From Candidatus Saccharimonadota bacterium (GTDB lineage: Bacteria > Patescibacteriota > Saccharimonadia > Saccharimonadales > Saccharimonadaceae): a stretch of DNA of 64,000 nucleotides. How positions within the stretch are numbered: position 1 is the first letter of the stretch; every line of letters starts with the position of its first letter. Positions 17,520-25,373 of the stretch are shown here, piece by piece. The notes below the pieces were generated by a model. The model saw only the letters and a list, made by a program, of their open reading frames with translations, was not told the DNA's origin and did not search any database. Where the stretch lies: NCBI GenBank assembly GCA_009786195.1, contig WQTP01000043.1:24503-88502 (forward strand), read 5' to 3'. The translations under genes and the position numbers were made by a program.

Positions 17520-17593
17520 TGGTGCGGATGCGGGGGGACGATCCCCGGTCTCAACCTTGGGAAGGTCGCATACTACCGTTGTACTACACCCGC
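17520..17593 (-). tRNA. tRNA-Gly (anticodon CCC), CCA encoded, atypical T-loop
   Basis: Minus-strand fold: GCGGGTG TA GTAC AACGGTA GTAT G CGACC TTCCCAA GGTTG AGAC CGGGG ATCGTCC CCCCG CATCCGC A CCA. The T-loop reads ATCGTCC instead of TTCRANN. Confidence 0.75.
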
Positions 17594-17594
17594 A

Positions 17595-17671
17595 TGGAGC
17601 CACCTCCGAGATTCGAACTCGGGACCCCCGCTTTACGAAAGCGGTGCTCTAGCCAGCTGAGCTAAGGTGGC
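17595..17671 (-). tRNA. tRNA-Thr (anticodon CGT), CCA encoded
   Basis: GCCACCT TA GCTC AGCTGGCTA GAGC A CCGCT TTCGTAA AGCGG GGGTC CCGAG TTCGAAT CTCGG AGGTGGC T CCA. Confidence 0.9.
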
Positions 17672-17738
17672 ATAAGAAGATTATAGCAAATTTGGCTCAA
17701 AACTAAAACGACTCCTTACGGGGCGTTCCGCTTTCAAG

Positions 17739-17816
17739 TGGCGGGCTCGACCGGATTCGAACCGGCGATCTCCTCCGTGACAGGGAGGCGTGATAGACCA
17801 GCTTCACTACGAGCCC
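17739..17816 (-). tRNA. tRNA-Asp (anticodon GTC), CCA encoded
   Basis: GGGCTCG TA GTGA AGCTGGTCTA TCAC G CCTCC CTGTCAC GGAGG AGATC GCCGG TTCGAAT CCGGT CGAGCCC G CCA. Confidence 0.9.
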
Positions 17817-17888
17817 ATTTTATGCGAATCTCCCGGATATTTTATCAAAGATTAACACCTGACGCAAGTTGTCTATTGGTATTTTTTG

Positions 17889-18983
17889 TTATTTTTCAGC
17901 ATCGTCGAATTTTGGTATTTTGATATATTCCTTGATTTTACCTGCCCTACGCAGTTCATTAAAGTCGTCGTTAAATCGTTTAAGGGTAACTTTGATCATT
18001 AAGTATTTAGTTGAATCATCCGTTTTTGAGTTAAGTTTCACGATATAATAACCATCAACACCTTGAATAATACCTGAAACCACACCGCTATTTAGCCCAC
18101 GTGCTACAACGATTAGACCGTTGGGGTCGGTATCACCGACTTGGGCACTGACACCACCACCAATTTCGCGCGTTATTTCATCATCACTCATCTCACGTGC
18201 TACTGTTCCAAAATCGTCGCCGGCCTTGAGACGTGTTTCGACTTCAGCAATCTTGTTTCTGGCTGCTGTATCAACTGCGAAAGCTACTTTCCGTTCAAGC
18301 AACTGATTTTGCAGTTCAGTACGATAATCACTCATCGTCCAACCATAAAAACGTTTTAATACATAGTTTTCAAAATCGCTCCGGGTCATAGTTTCACCAC
18401 TACTAGTCTTTAGATTAGCGTCGATTTCTGTATCAACTTCTTTGTTCGAAACTGTAATATCTTTGGATTTAGCAATTTTGGTAGCATAGGCCATTCGCTC
18501 AGCTTTGTTGAGTTCTTCACGTTTTAGATAATTGAGTTCCTGTTGGTCATTTTGGGTATCAAAATTAACTTTTTCATGATTCTCTTTGTAAAAGATGGCC
18601 GAGCGCACACGTCGCAAATAATCGGCATACGATACACTTTGACCATCAACATTAGCTACTGGCAAAGACAATATTTTGGCAGCGCTATAGAAAAAATCGC
18701 TAGTTGCTTGCTTTTGATATAACATGTACCACAACCAACCACCGAAGGAAATTATTGTAATAATTACAACAATGATAGTATTAACGATGATTTTGTGCTT
18801 GGTATATTGAAATGGATATTTGAATTTACGACCATCGGCTAAAATTTTTTCACGATGTTCACTCACAGTGTCATTAGTGATACGTGCGGGCGGTTCTTTT
18901 TTCCGATTACGTTTTAATTTGTCTGGTAATTTGTTGGTAATTTTTTGACCAACCATAGTAACTCTTTCTTTGACTTTGCTCAT
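17889..18983 (-). CDS. Membrane-anchored SurA/PrsA-like chaperone with parvulin-type PPIase domain
   Basis: An N-terminal TM anchor is followed by the C-terminal segment DDFGTVAREMSDDEITREIGGG...GVVSGIIQGVDGYYIVKL, which resembles a PPIC rotamase domain. Confidence 0.55.
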   Translation of the reverse strand: MSKVKERVTMVGQKITNKLPDKLKRNRKKEPPARITNDTVSEHREKILADGRKFKYPFQYTKHKIIVNTIIVVIITIISFGGWLWYMLYQKQATSDFFYSAAKILSLPVANVDGQSVSYADYLRRVRSAIFYKENHEKVNFDTQNDQQELNYLKREELNKAERMAYATKIAKSKDITVSNKEVDTEIDANLKTSSGETMTRSDFENYVLKRFYGWTMSDYRTELQNQLLERKVAFAVDTAARNKIAEVETRLKAGDDFGTVAREMSDDEITREIGGGVSAQVGDTDPNGLIVVARGLNSGVVSGIIQGVDGYYIVKLNSKTDDSTKYLMIKVTLKRFNDDFNELRRAGKIKEYIKIPKFDDAEK

Positions 18984-18985
18984 CT

Positions 18986-19519
18986 TTATTCCTCCCTACT
19001 AATAATTTCCGTGTTATCAAATTTATCTTTCTGTCCACCGCCAGCATTATGAACAGCATCCGACAGCGCATCGTAGACCCGCTCGCAGTGAGAGACTTTG
19101 TTAATAATCATATCGCCGACTATTGTTTGTAGAACAATAGTTCCAAAATTTAGAAACTCGCCGACGAAGCCAGGAATATTGTAGCTGATATTTTGAACTT
19201 TGGAAAGATTTAGATCAATAACACTTTTACCGAATAAACTTCTTTGCGAATTTTGACGAATTCGTTCGTTAGTAACAATAAAAATTGAAAAATACCAGAT
19301 CATCCAATGATAAAAAAGAATAATAAAACCCAAAACAAGACCGATCAACGAACCCCAGAGCAGTTTGACATTACTAGACCAAATTAAAAACGGAACTGAA
19401 CCCAGACAAAACGAAATCAGCAAACCATAAAAGCCCTTGCGCATAGCAATAATGTGCTGACGAAAAACGAATAACACCGTTTCGTCCGCATGTTGGCCAG
19501 AAAATTCTAATTTAGCCAT
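18986..19519 (-). CDS. Membrane protein with bacterial PH (bPH_2/YdbS-like) domain
   Basis: Two TM helices are followed by ...IVTNERIRQNSQRSLFGKSVIDLNLSKVQNISYNIPGFVGEFLNFGTIVLQT. The start is set to ATG 19519 (MAKLEF). The longer ORF would run through a 13-bp hairpin. Confidence 0.55.
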   Translation of the reverse strand: MAKLEFSGQHADETVLFVFRQHIIAMRKGFYGLLISFCLGSVPFLIWSSNVKLLWGSLIGLVLGFIILFYHWMIWYFSIFIVTNERIRQNSQRSLFGKSVIDLNLSKVQNISYNIPGFVGEFLNFGTIVLQTIVGDMIINKVSHCERVYDALSDAVHNAGGGQKDKFDNTEIISREE

Positions 19520-19629
19520 AAGAACATCATACCACAACGACGACCCAGGTACGAGTCGAACGTACAACCTTCTCCCACAGCACCTGTTTCGTAGAAACAA
19601 GTGCTGGGCTTCGCTTAGGATCCCTCACC

Positions 19630-19706
19630 TGGTACCCCGGGCCTGAGTCGAACAGGCAACCTTTTCCTTAGGACGGAACTGCTCTATCCAATTGAGCTAC
19701 CGGGGC
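19630..19706 (-). tRNA. tRNA-Arg (anticodon CCT), CCA encoded
   Basis: GCCCCGG TA GCTC AATTGGATA GAGC A GTTCC GTCCTAA GGAAA AGGTT GCCTG TTCGACT CAGGC CCGGGGT A CCA. There is one G.A mismatch at the top of the anticodon stem. Confidence 0.85.
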
Positions 19707-19721
19707 ACAGAAGGTGAGGGA

Positions 19722-19745
19722 CTCTATCCATTGAGCTACTGGGCC
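19722..19745 (-). repeat. tRNA 5'-half-like fragment (partial duplicate of the tRNA-Arg acceptor/D-arm)
   Basis: Minus-strand GGCCCAGTAGCTCAATGGATAGAG compares with GCCCCGGTAGCTCAATTGGATAGAG in tRNA-Arg. It overlaps the last codons and the stop of the phosphatase gene. Confidence 0.6.
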
Positions 19746-20170
19746 ATATTAGATATTTTACCAGTTTTCACTAGTTTGCGCACCCCTCTAAGGATCTCGT
19801 CGCGCTGTCGTCGTACGGTCTCCATATCTTGTGCTGGATAATTTTTCACCAGCCAAATCTGTACTCTAGCGTCGTTTTGTAGCCATTCTGGTAGTTCAGC
19901 GCGCGACACAAAACTAATAATCTGGCCAATTCCCCGCACTGACGCTGGTGTTATTTGGCGAAGTGGTGCTTTGGTCAGGTCCAGACCAACTTCGCGCATT
20001 ACTTTTGTGGCCCGTGTTTCTTCCTTGAATTCACCTAAGGTTTTTTCTGGATACATGCCAACAGAAGTACCGACCGATTTAGCGTTATTTGTGTCTGTTA
20101 AGTGATTAAAAAACGCTTGCGCAATCTGACTGCGCCCTAGGTTGTGCTGACAGATGAAAAGGATTCTCAT
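19736..20170 (-). CDS. Low-molecular-weight protein-tyrosine phosphatase / ArsC-like family protein
   Basis: The N-terminal CX5R(S) P-loop is ILFICQHNLGRSQIA. Confidence 0.75.
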   Translation of the reverse strand: MRILFICQHNLGRSQIAQAFFNHLTDTNNAKSVGTSVGMYPEKTLGEFKEETRATKVMREVGLDLTKAPLRQITPASVRGIGQIISFVSRAELPEWLQNDARVQIWLVKNYPAQDMETVRRQRDEILRGVRKLVKTGKISNMAQ

Positions 20171-20171
20171 T

Positions 20172-20825
20172 CTAATAATGTTTGCAATACATTATGTCAT
20201 CATTGCCGAGACTGTAATCACAGATTATCTCACCGTCAAACCATAATTTGATTTCGTTTTCAGCTTCGACTGGGTTCTCGCTAGCGTGAAACAGATTATG
20301 AATTGAACGACCCTCAATGTTAGCCACTAATGGGCTATCAACGCTAAAATCTCCGCGAATTGTGCCCATTTCAGCCATAAATGGTAGGGTTGGACCAGCT
20401 AATTTGCGCACCATATTAATAGCTTGGATACCTTCAACAACCATCGCTACGACTGGACCAGATTGCATGTATTGGATAAGACTAACTACCACACTATCGC
20501 CCAATTCTTTGTCATTATCAGTACCATAAGCATCTTTAGCAGTCAACGGCGAACCCTCAAGTCCTTTCTTGGCCTTGACGCCCAGACGAGCAACCCAAGC
20601 TTCATCGCTCGTTGGGTAGTGTTTTTTGATTAATTCTTCAGTTGGGATAATCATTTTCATCGCAACTACTTTGAGACCAGCTTTTTCAATTCGGCGAATG
20701 ATTTCGCCAATTAACCCACGCATTACCCCATCTGGTTTAATCATACAAAAAGTGCGTTGATGTTTAACACTAAAAACCGTTTTGTTTAGTTTTGCGTCAT
20801 AATCTTTGGTGGTATTTTTCGCCAC
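20172..20825 (-). CDS. ndk: Nucleoside diphosphate kinase, long form with N-terminal extension and internal insertion
   Basis: RTFCMIKPDGVMRGLIGEIIRRIEKAGLKVVAMKM and the catalytic-His context NLFHASEN are present. At 217 aa it is longer than the roughly 140-150 aa typical form. GTG start. Confidence 0.8.
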   Translation of the reverse strand: MAKNTTKDYDAKLNKTVFSVKHQRTFCMIKPDGVMRGLIGEIIRRIEKAGLKVVAMKMIIPTEELIKKHYPTSDEAWVARLGVKAKKGLEGSPLTAKDAYGTDNDKELGDSVVVSLIQYMQSGPVVAMVVEGIQAINMVRKLAGPTLPFMAEMGTIRGDFSVDSPLVANIEGRSIHNLFHASENPVEAENEIKLWFDGEIICDYSLGNDDIMYCKHY

Positions 20826-20918
20826 GTTAAATCCTTTCTATTAATTGAGAATATTGTACCAAAAGTTTTCGTGTATGTAAATCTGTTTGGGATGTCGCAA
20901 AATGTTATTTTAATAATA

Positions 20919-20947
20919 TTGTACGACATTGATGAACATGCTATAAT
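20919..20947 (+). promoter_or_regulatory. Promoter: TTGTAC - 17 nt - TGcTATAAT, positioned for a leaderless xer transcript
   Basis: The -10 box ends at 20947 and the ATG starts at 20954 (6-nt gap). There is no SD. Confidence 0.55.
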
Positions 20948-20953
20948 ACGGTT

Positions 20954-21919
20954 ATGACTATCCAAAAAAGACATTATTTATCCGATCTGATTATGGATTT
21001 TATTGAAGATGTTGAACTGAAACATCCTCACTCGCCCAACACTGCGCGTAATTATAATTTGTATTTAAATCGATTGGTGGATTTTGCTGGTAATATTTTA
21101 GTTGAGGAGATCGATGGTGAATTAATTCGAAAGTATCGATTGTGGCTCAATCGTTTCACTGATGATCACAATCGTCGTTTGAAACCTGTCACGCAAAATT
21201 ATCATTTGATCGCTTTGCGAGGGTTTTTAAAATATTGCAGTAAACGGGATATTGTAACTTATGATTCTAATAAAATTGAGTTGGCGACCAAGGAAAAAAG
21301 AACTACTGCTTCCTATTTGACGTTAGATGAAATGGCGCAACTTTTGGCAGCTGTTGAAATTAAAGATAAAAATTACTTACGTGATAAAGCAATTTTGAAC
21401 TTGCTTTTTTCCAGTGGTATGCGAGTCAGTGAGCTTTGTCAGCTGAATTGCAGTGATATTAATTTGAAACGTCGCGAATTTCAAGTTCTCGGCAAAGGTA
21501 ACAAAAATCGTCTGGTCTTTATTAGTCAAGCGGCCGCCGAGTCGTTACACGATTATTTGTACAGTCGTACCGACACTGCGATTCCTCTTTTTTTAAACGA
21601 GTCGCATAATATTGCAATTAATCATGATGATGAGAAAGTTCGTGATCAAAAGGGTGAGTATCGTCGTTTGACACCACGCTCAGTTCAGCGTATCGTTTCG
21701 CACTATGCTGCCAAAGCTGGCATTATTAAACACGTCTCACCACATACACTGCGACATTCTTTTGCTACTAATTTACTAGAAAATGGAGCTGATCTTCGAT
21801 CAATTCAAGTAATGCTCGGTCACGAAGATATTTCAACGACCCAGATTTACACTCACATGGCTAGCCCACATCTACGCAAAGTGCATGAACAGTTTCATCG
21901 TGATCCAAAGTTACTTTAG
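20954..21919 (+). CDS. Tyrosine recombinase, XerC/XerD-like
   Basis: The C-terminal catalytic region HTLRHSFATNLLENGADLRSIQVMLGHEDISTTQIYTH carries the R..HxxR..Y residues, and the N-terminus is a SAM-like core-binding domain. Confidence 0.85.
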   Translation: MTIQKRHYLSDLIMDFIEDVELKHPHSPNTARNYNLYLNRLVDFAGNILVEEIDGELIRKYRLWLNRFTDDHNRRLKPVTQNYHLIALRGFLKYCSKRDIVTYDSNKIELATKEKRTTASYLTLDEMAQLLAAVEIKDKNYLRDKAILNLLFSSGMRVSELCQLNCSDINLKRREFQVLGKGNKNRLVFISQAAAESLHDYLYSRTDTAIPLFLNESHNIAINHDDEKVRDQKGEYRRLTPRSVQRIVSHYAAKAGIIKHVSPHTLRHSFATNLLENGADLRSIQVMLGHEDISTTQIYTHMASPHLRKVHEQFHRDPKLL

Positions 21920-21924
21920 ATGTT

Positions 21925-21992
21925 TTGCCCGTCTGCCCGCCAAGCCCCAAATCTTTCCCCTCAACACGCAATTTTCGCCCGGTTAATCCCGG
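21925..21992 (+). repeat. Copy B of a ~50-65-nt intergenic repeat (core AATCTTTCCCCTCAACACGC)
   Basis: It aligns by eye to 37358-37425 in direct orientation, with about 83% identity over a 48-nt core. It starts 6 nt after the xer stop codon. Confidence 0.7.
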
Positions 21993-23206
21993 CAGTTATC
22001 CGCACCTGCTTTGTCCAAAATCGTCATATTTTTACAAATCTTTCCCGCAGAATCAACAGCGTAATCTGGCCACCATTGACCTTCATCACTACTATTGTCT
22101 GGGTTAAGACGAGCGCCCAGGCGTTTTAATGATTCACCAGCACGACCAGTCACATCGACAGCAGCTTGTACATTATTAAGATAAAGATCGTTGCCAGATG
22201 CATCTTTAGCTGATAAACGAAAGTGGGCATTTCGATAAATTGCTTGTAGGCGCAAGTAGTAATCGTATCGATCGGTATCGAACAAATAATTTGTACCCCC
22301 GCTACCGGGAACTTTTGGAATCGTAAATGAAATGCTGCAAGCGTAACCATCACTACTAACACCACTTTGACACCGTACTTGCATAAGAAACATCTTGGAG
22401 TCGGTCGCTGCATTTGGTTGATTTTTTGCTATCCAACTATCAAGATTATAAGCATCTGAAATTTTTCCGGCGCCAAAAGCATCCTCAGTTGTACTGGGTC
22501 GAAGTGTCACCGCGCGTGTATTCTCCACCAAATTATCAATCGTAAACGTGCCGATCGGAACAGCTACGAATTCTGCTCGCAAAACAGCTGGGGTCATTTT
22601 ACCCCATTGATTAATTGGCGGTAGATTATTGCCAGCTAGCAGTTCGGCACTTCCTTCATCATCTCGGCTGGTACTGTGCCATTGCAAACGAATCGTTTTT
22701 GCTGGTACAGACGTACCATCCGCACTGGAAAATCTAAGTGGAATAATGACTGATGTACTTCGACCTTCCGCGCTACCATTGCTATCCAGAGATCCTAGAT
22801 AATCGGGTGTCATCATAGTCATTTTAAGACAGAGATATTCTTCATTATTACCTCCATCGCCAACTTTAACACTCGATCCGGAAGCTGTCCGCTGCAAAGC
22901 GTGCATCAGTGAGCTAGTACCAGAAATTTCCGTACAAGTACTTTCCTCTATTGGTTTATCTAACATTCCACAACCCAGACCCCCCGACACGCAGTAACTA
23001 AGAATACGCTTGGCATCTTCGATACCAGCTTCGGCAGCTGCTTTGGCAGAAGCGGCCAATTCGTCATTAACTGTCTGGCGTGAAGCCATGACCATTACGC
23101 GCGAAAAACTAATTACCAGCACTGAAAACAGTAGAATAAATATGATAACCGTCAGAATTGATACTTGACCAGATTCTTTATTAGTACCTACCCCTACTTT
23201 GTTCAT
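21983..23206 (-). CDS. PilX-like pilus assembly protein (N-terminal PilX domain)
   Basis: The N-terminal hydrophobic segment GQVSILTVIIFILLFSVLVISF is followed by ...AASAKAAAEAGIEDAK. It is the last gene of the minor-pilin operon. Confidence 0.6.
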   Translation of the reverse strand: MNKVGVGTNKESGQVSILTVIIFILLFSVLVISFSRVMVMASRQTVNDELAASAKAAAEAGIEDAKRILSYCVSGGLGCGMLDKPIEESTCTEISGTSSLMHALQRTASGSSVKVGDGGNNEEYLCLKMTMMTPDYLGSLDSNGSAEGRSTSVIIPLRFSSADGTSVPAKTIRLQWHSTSRDDEGSAELLAGNNLPPINQWGKMTPAVLRAEFVAVPIGTFTIDNLVENTRAVTLRPSTTEDAFGAGKISDAYNLDSWIAKNQPNAATDSKMFLMQVRCQSGVSSDGYACSISFTIPKVPGSGGTNYLFDTDRYDYYLRLQAIYRNAHFRLSAKDASGNDLYLNNVQAAVDVTGRAGESLKRLGARLNPDNSSDEGQWWPDYAVDSAGKICKNMTILDKAGADNCRD

Positions 23207-23886
23207 TATTCTAACCTCCTATATGTTATTATATCAAACTCTGCGAATGCACAATATTGGTTTTTGCTGGCTTTAAATACACCCTCAACAACTTGACCAC
23301 ATTGCCAACGACCAATGCCCGCGTTGTAACGTGGTTGATCACTATGATCATCATCTTTGATCCCTTCGGCCGAAAAGACCGCCTGGATGCGCAACAACCC
23401 AGTAACACCACTCACTACTTCGAATTTTTGGACAACTACACCAGGTCCGAGTAGAGCACCGATATCTGGATCGTTACGACTCGGCATTTCGCTGCCATAA
23501 CAATATTTACCAGTACTATCAAGGATACGCACTAATCGCAACTTAGTGGTACTCAGATCAGTTTCTTCTGCGTACTGATTCATGGTCGAATCAACAGTAT
23601 TCCACAGATATGTGATGTTTCCAACACAAAATCGCTGTTGACTATTACTGATCGTAGCGTTATTTTTGGAAAATCGCACTTGATCAATAACATCAGCGTT
23701 AATTTGACGACCAGCTTGATTGATTTGACTGATCCAAATTCCCTTGTTATAAGTTTGCATAATACTCAACATCATCGATGTTAAAAACAAGATGATAAAA
23801 GCGACAAAGATTAACGACATTGACAGCTCAACTAGTGTAAAACCCTTTTCTTGATGTTGTTTGGTAATAATAAGTTGTCGTTTCAT
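23206..23886 (-). CDS. Minor type IV pilin (prepilin-type N-terminal cleavage/methylation domain)
   Basis: Class III signal: KG|FTLVELSMSLIFVAFIILF, with Glu at +5. Confidence 0.8.
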   Translation of the reverse strand: MKRQLIITKQHQEKGFTLVELSMSLIFVAFIILFLTSMMLSIMQTYNKGIWISQINQAGRQINADVIDQVRFSKNNATISNSQQRFCVGNITYLWNTVDSTMNQYAEETDLSTTKLRLVRILDSTGKYCYGSEMPSRNDPDIGALLGPGVVVQKFEVVSGVTGLLRIQAVFSAEGIKDDDHSDQPRYNAGIGRWQCGQVVEGVFKASKNQYCAFAEFDIITYRRLE

Positions 23887-23888
23887 AA

Positions 23889-25373
23889 TTATGGCCCCAA
23901 ATAAGTTATTCTTGCGTAACCGTTACCAGTTTGACCAATTTCAACACCGCCACTGGGATGCGGGATGCTACAAACACTACCATCCCCAGGACAAGTTATA
24001 TAATCTGTAAAATTAAAGTTAGTAGTATTAACGTAACCCGAACCGCCGCCGCCAGGTATACCAGCACCACCGCCGAACCAACCGCCACCGCCGCCAGTAG
24101 AGTTACCACTACTTCCATTTCCACCTTGCCCAAATGCCCCAGCGCCATTACCCGACCCGCCGCTACCACCACTACCGCTCGGGATACCGTTAACACAACC
24201 ACTAGTAACACCGCCGCCGCCCTCTGGGTTAGAACTAGGACCATCACCCTTTACGCCCACACCACCACTACAACCACCCCCAGCACCACCTGTTGCAGGT
24301 AATTTACCATTTTTACCAAGAGTTCCGGCGCCGCCGCCAGCGACAATTAGCACTTTGTCTCGATTACCACTTAAAGTATTCAGAGTACCACCTACTAACG
24401 CTATATGTGTAGCACCGCCACCACCGCCAGCACCCCAGCCGCTCGAGTGACCCGTACCACCACCATTCCAACCACCAGAGGTCGTCTCACCTGTAATAGC
24501 AGTACCACCACCCGCGCAGCCAATACTGACGTGTAGTACTAGTGTAATACCAGCATTGAGTTTAACTATTCCACGAGAATATCCGCCCAAACCTCCCGGA
24601 AAATTAACACCTCCGTCGCTTCCGGGTCCTCCTTGAGCACCCCAAACTTCCAATTTGTACCGACCGGTTCGAGCAACAACGTATTCTTGACTATTATTAT
24701 TTGGACAAGGATCATTCGGCGGTGTCCAGGGCACTTTAAGTAGTGCTGTAGTTTTGTCCAAAACATAGTCGTAAATACGAACAACTGTGGTGCTCTGACT
24801 ATCAACATTTGCCGCAGTACTACCGAGCGGCGTCCAACAAGCTTTAATATAGAAATCAATATATGGTTGTTGGTTGGTTTTCATGTCCTGTTTATAATAA
24901 ACTGCGTCAATCCAGACACCTTGACCAGTAACAGCTCGTTGAATGCGGTTCGTACCATTTATTTCTTCAATTAAGTTATCGATCACCGTAATGCCAGAAA
25001 CGCTGTTATCAATTTCAATATTTGGTTCAAGATAAAAACTACCCGGCACTGCGCTACTCGCATCACCGCCAGGATTCAGTTGGCAACGATTGGTGGCTTC
25101 GGTCGGTGCGCTACCGTCAACAACGTTACCGTCATAAGCTAAGTTCATAATCATCGCCCAATTAGTTTTGTCATTACGATAAACATAGTTCAGTAGATCC
25201 GTTTGAGTATTAATATCCGCTCGGGTTGCTGTTCGTTCTGCCGAATTCAGAATCGAGATCATCGAACGATTCATTGTCGCCATCACACCACCCACAATAA
25301 TACCGAGAACTGTGATTGCAATCAGCACTTCGACTAAAGTATCACCCCGTTGATGCTTGTTCATATGCCGCAT
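23889..25373 (-). CDS. Minor pilin-like protein with C-terminal ALK/LTK-type glycine-rich domain
   Basis: The N-terminus is QRG|DTLVEVLIAITVLGIIVGGV (Glu +5). The C-terminal ~250 aa run from RYKLEVWGAQGGPGSDGG..PGGLGGYSRG...GGGGATHIALVGG to ...GNGYARITY, the motif pattern of the Pfam Gly_rich (PF12810) family. Confidence 0.7.
   Translation of the reverse strand: MRHMNKHQRGDTLVEVLIAITVLGIIVGGVMATMNRSMISILNSAERTATRADINTQTDLLNYVYRNDKTNWAMIMNLAYDGNVVDGSAPTEATNRCQLNPGGDASSAVPGSFYLEPNIEIDNSVSGITVIDNLIEEINGTNRIQRAVTGQGVWIDAVYYKQDMKTNQQPYIDFYIKACWTPLGSTAANVDSQSTTVVRIYDYVLDKTTALLKVPWTPPNDPCPNNNSQEYVVARTGRYKLEVWGAQGGPGSDGGVNFPGGLGGYSRGIVKLNAGITLVLHVSIGCAGGGTAITGETTSGGWNGGGTGHSSGWGAGGGGGATHIALVGGTLNTLSGNRDKVLIVAGGGAGTLGKNGKLPATGGAGGGCSGGVGVKGDGPSSNPEGGGGVTSGCVNGIPSGSGGSGGSGNGAGAFGQGGNGSSGNSTGGGGGWFGGGAGIPGGGGSGYVNTTNFNFTDYITCPGDGSVCSIPHPSGGVEIGQTGNGYARITYLGP

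Noticed and set aside
19617-19745. Idea that the tRNA 5'-half look-alike plus flanking 9-mers form a split or intron-containing outer tRNA with tRNA-Arg as the insert
   Set aside because: Downstream of GGTGAGGGA there is no T-arm (no GTTCRA-type loop). There is also no 3' acceptor strand (CTGGGCC) to pair with GGCCCAG. A functional outer tRNA therefore cannot be drawn.
20954-21919. Xer-like recombinase as the integrase of a prophage or ICE
   Set aside because: No phage, conjugation, excisionase or replication genes are adjacent. The neighbours are housekeeping (ndk, phosphatase) or pilus genes. It is kept only as context for the flanking-repeat observation.
23931-24302. 123-aa plus-strand and 83-aa minus-strand ORFs inside the glycine-rich pilin gene
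   Set aside because: They are by-products of GGN-rich coding sequence (Thr/Ala/Val-rich shadows) and have no independent signals.
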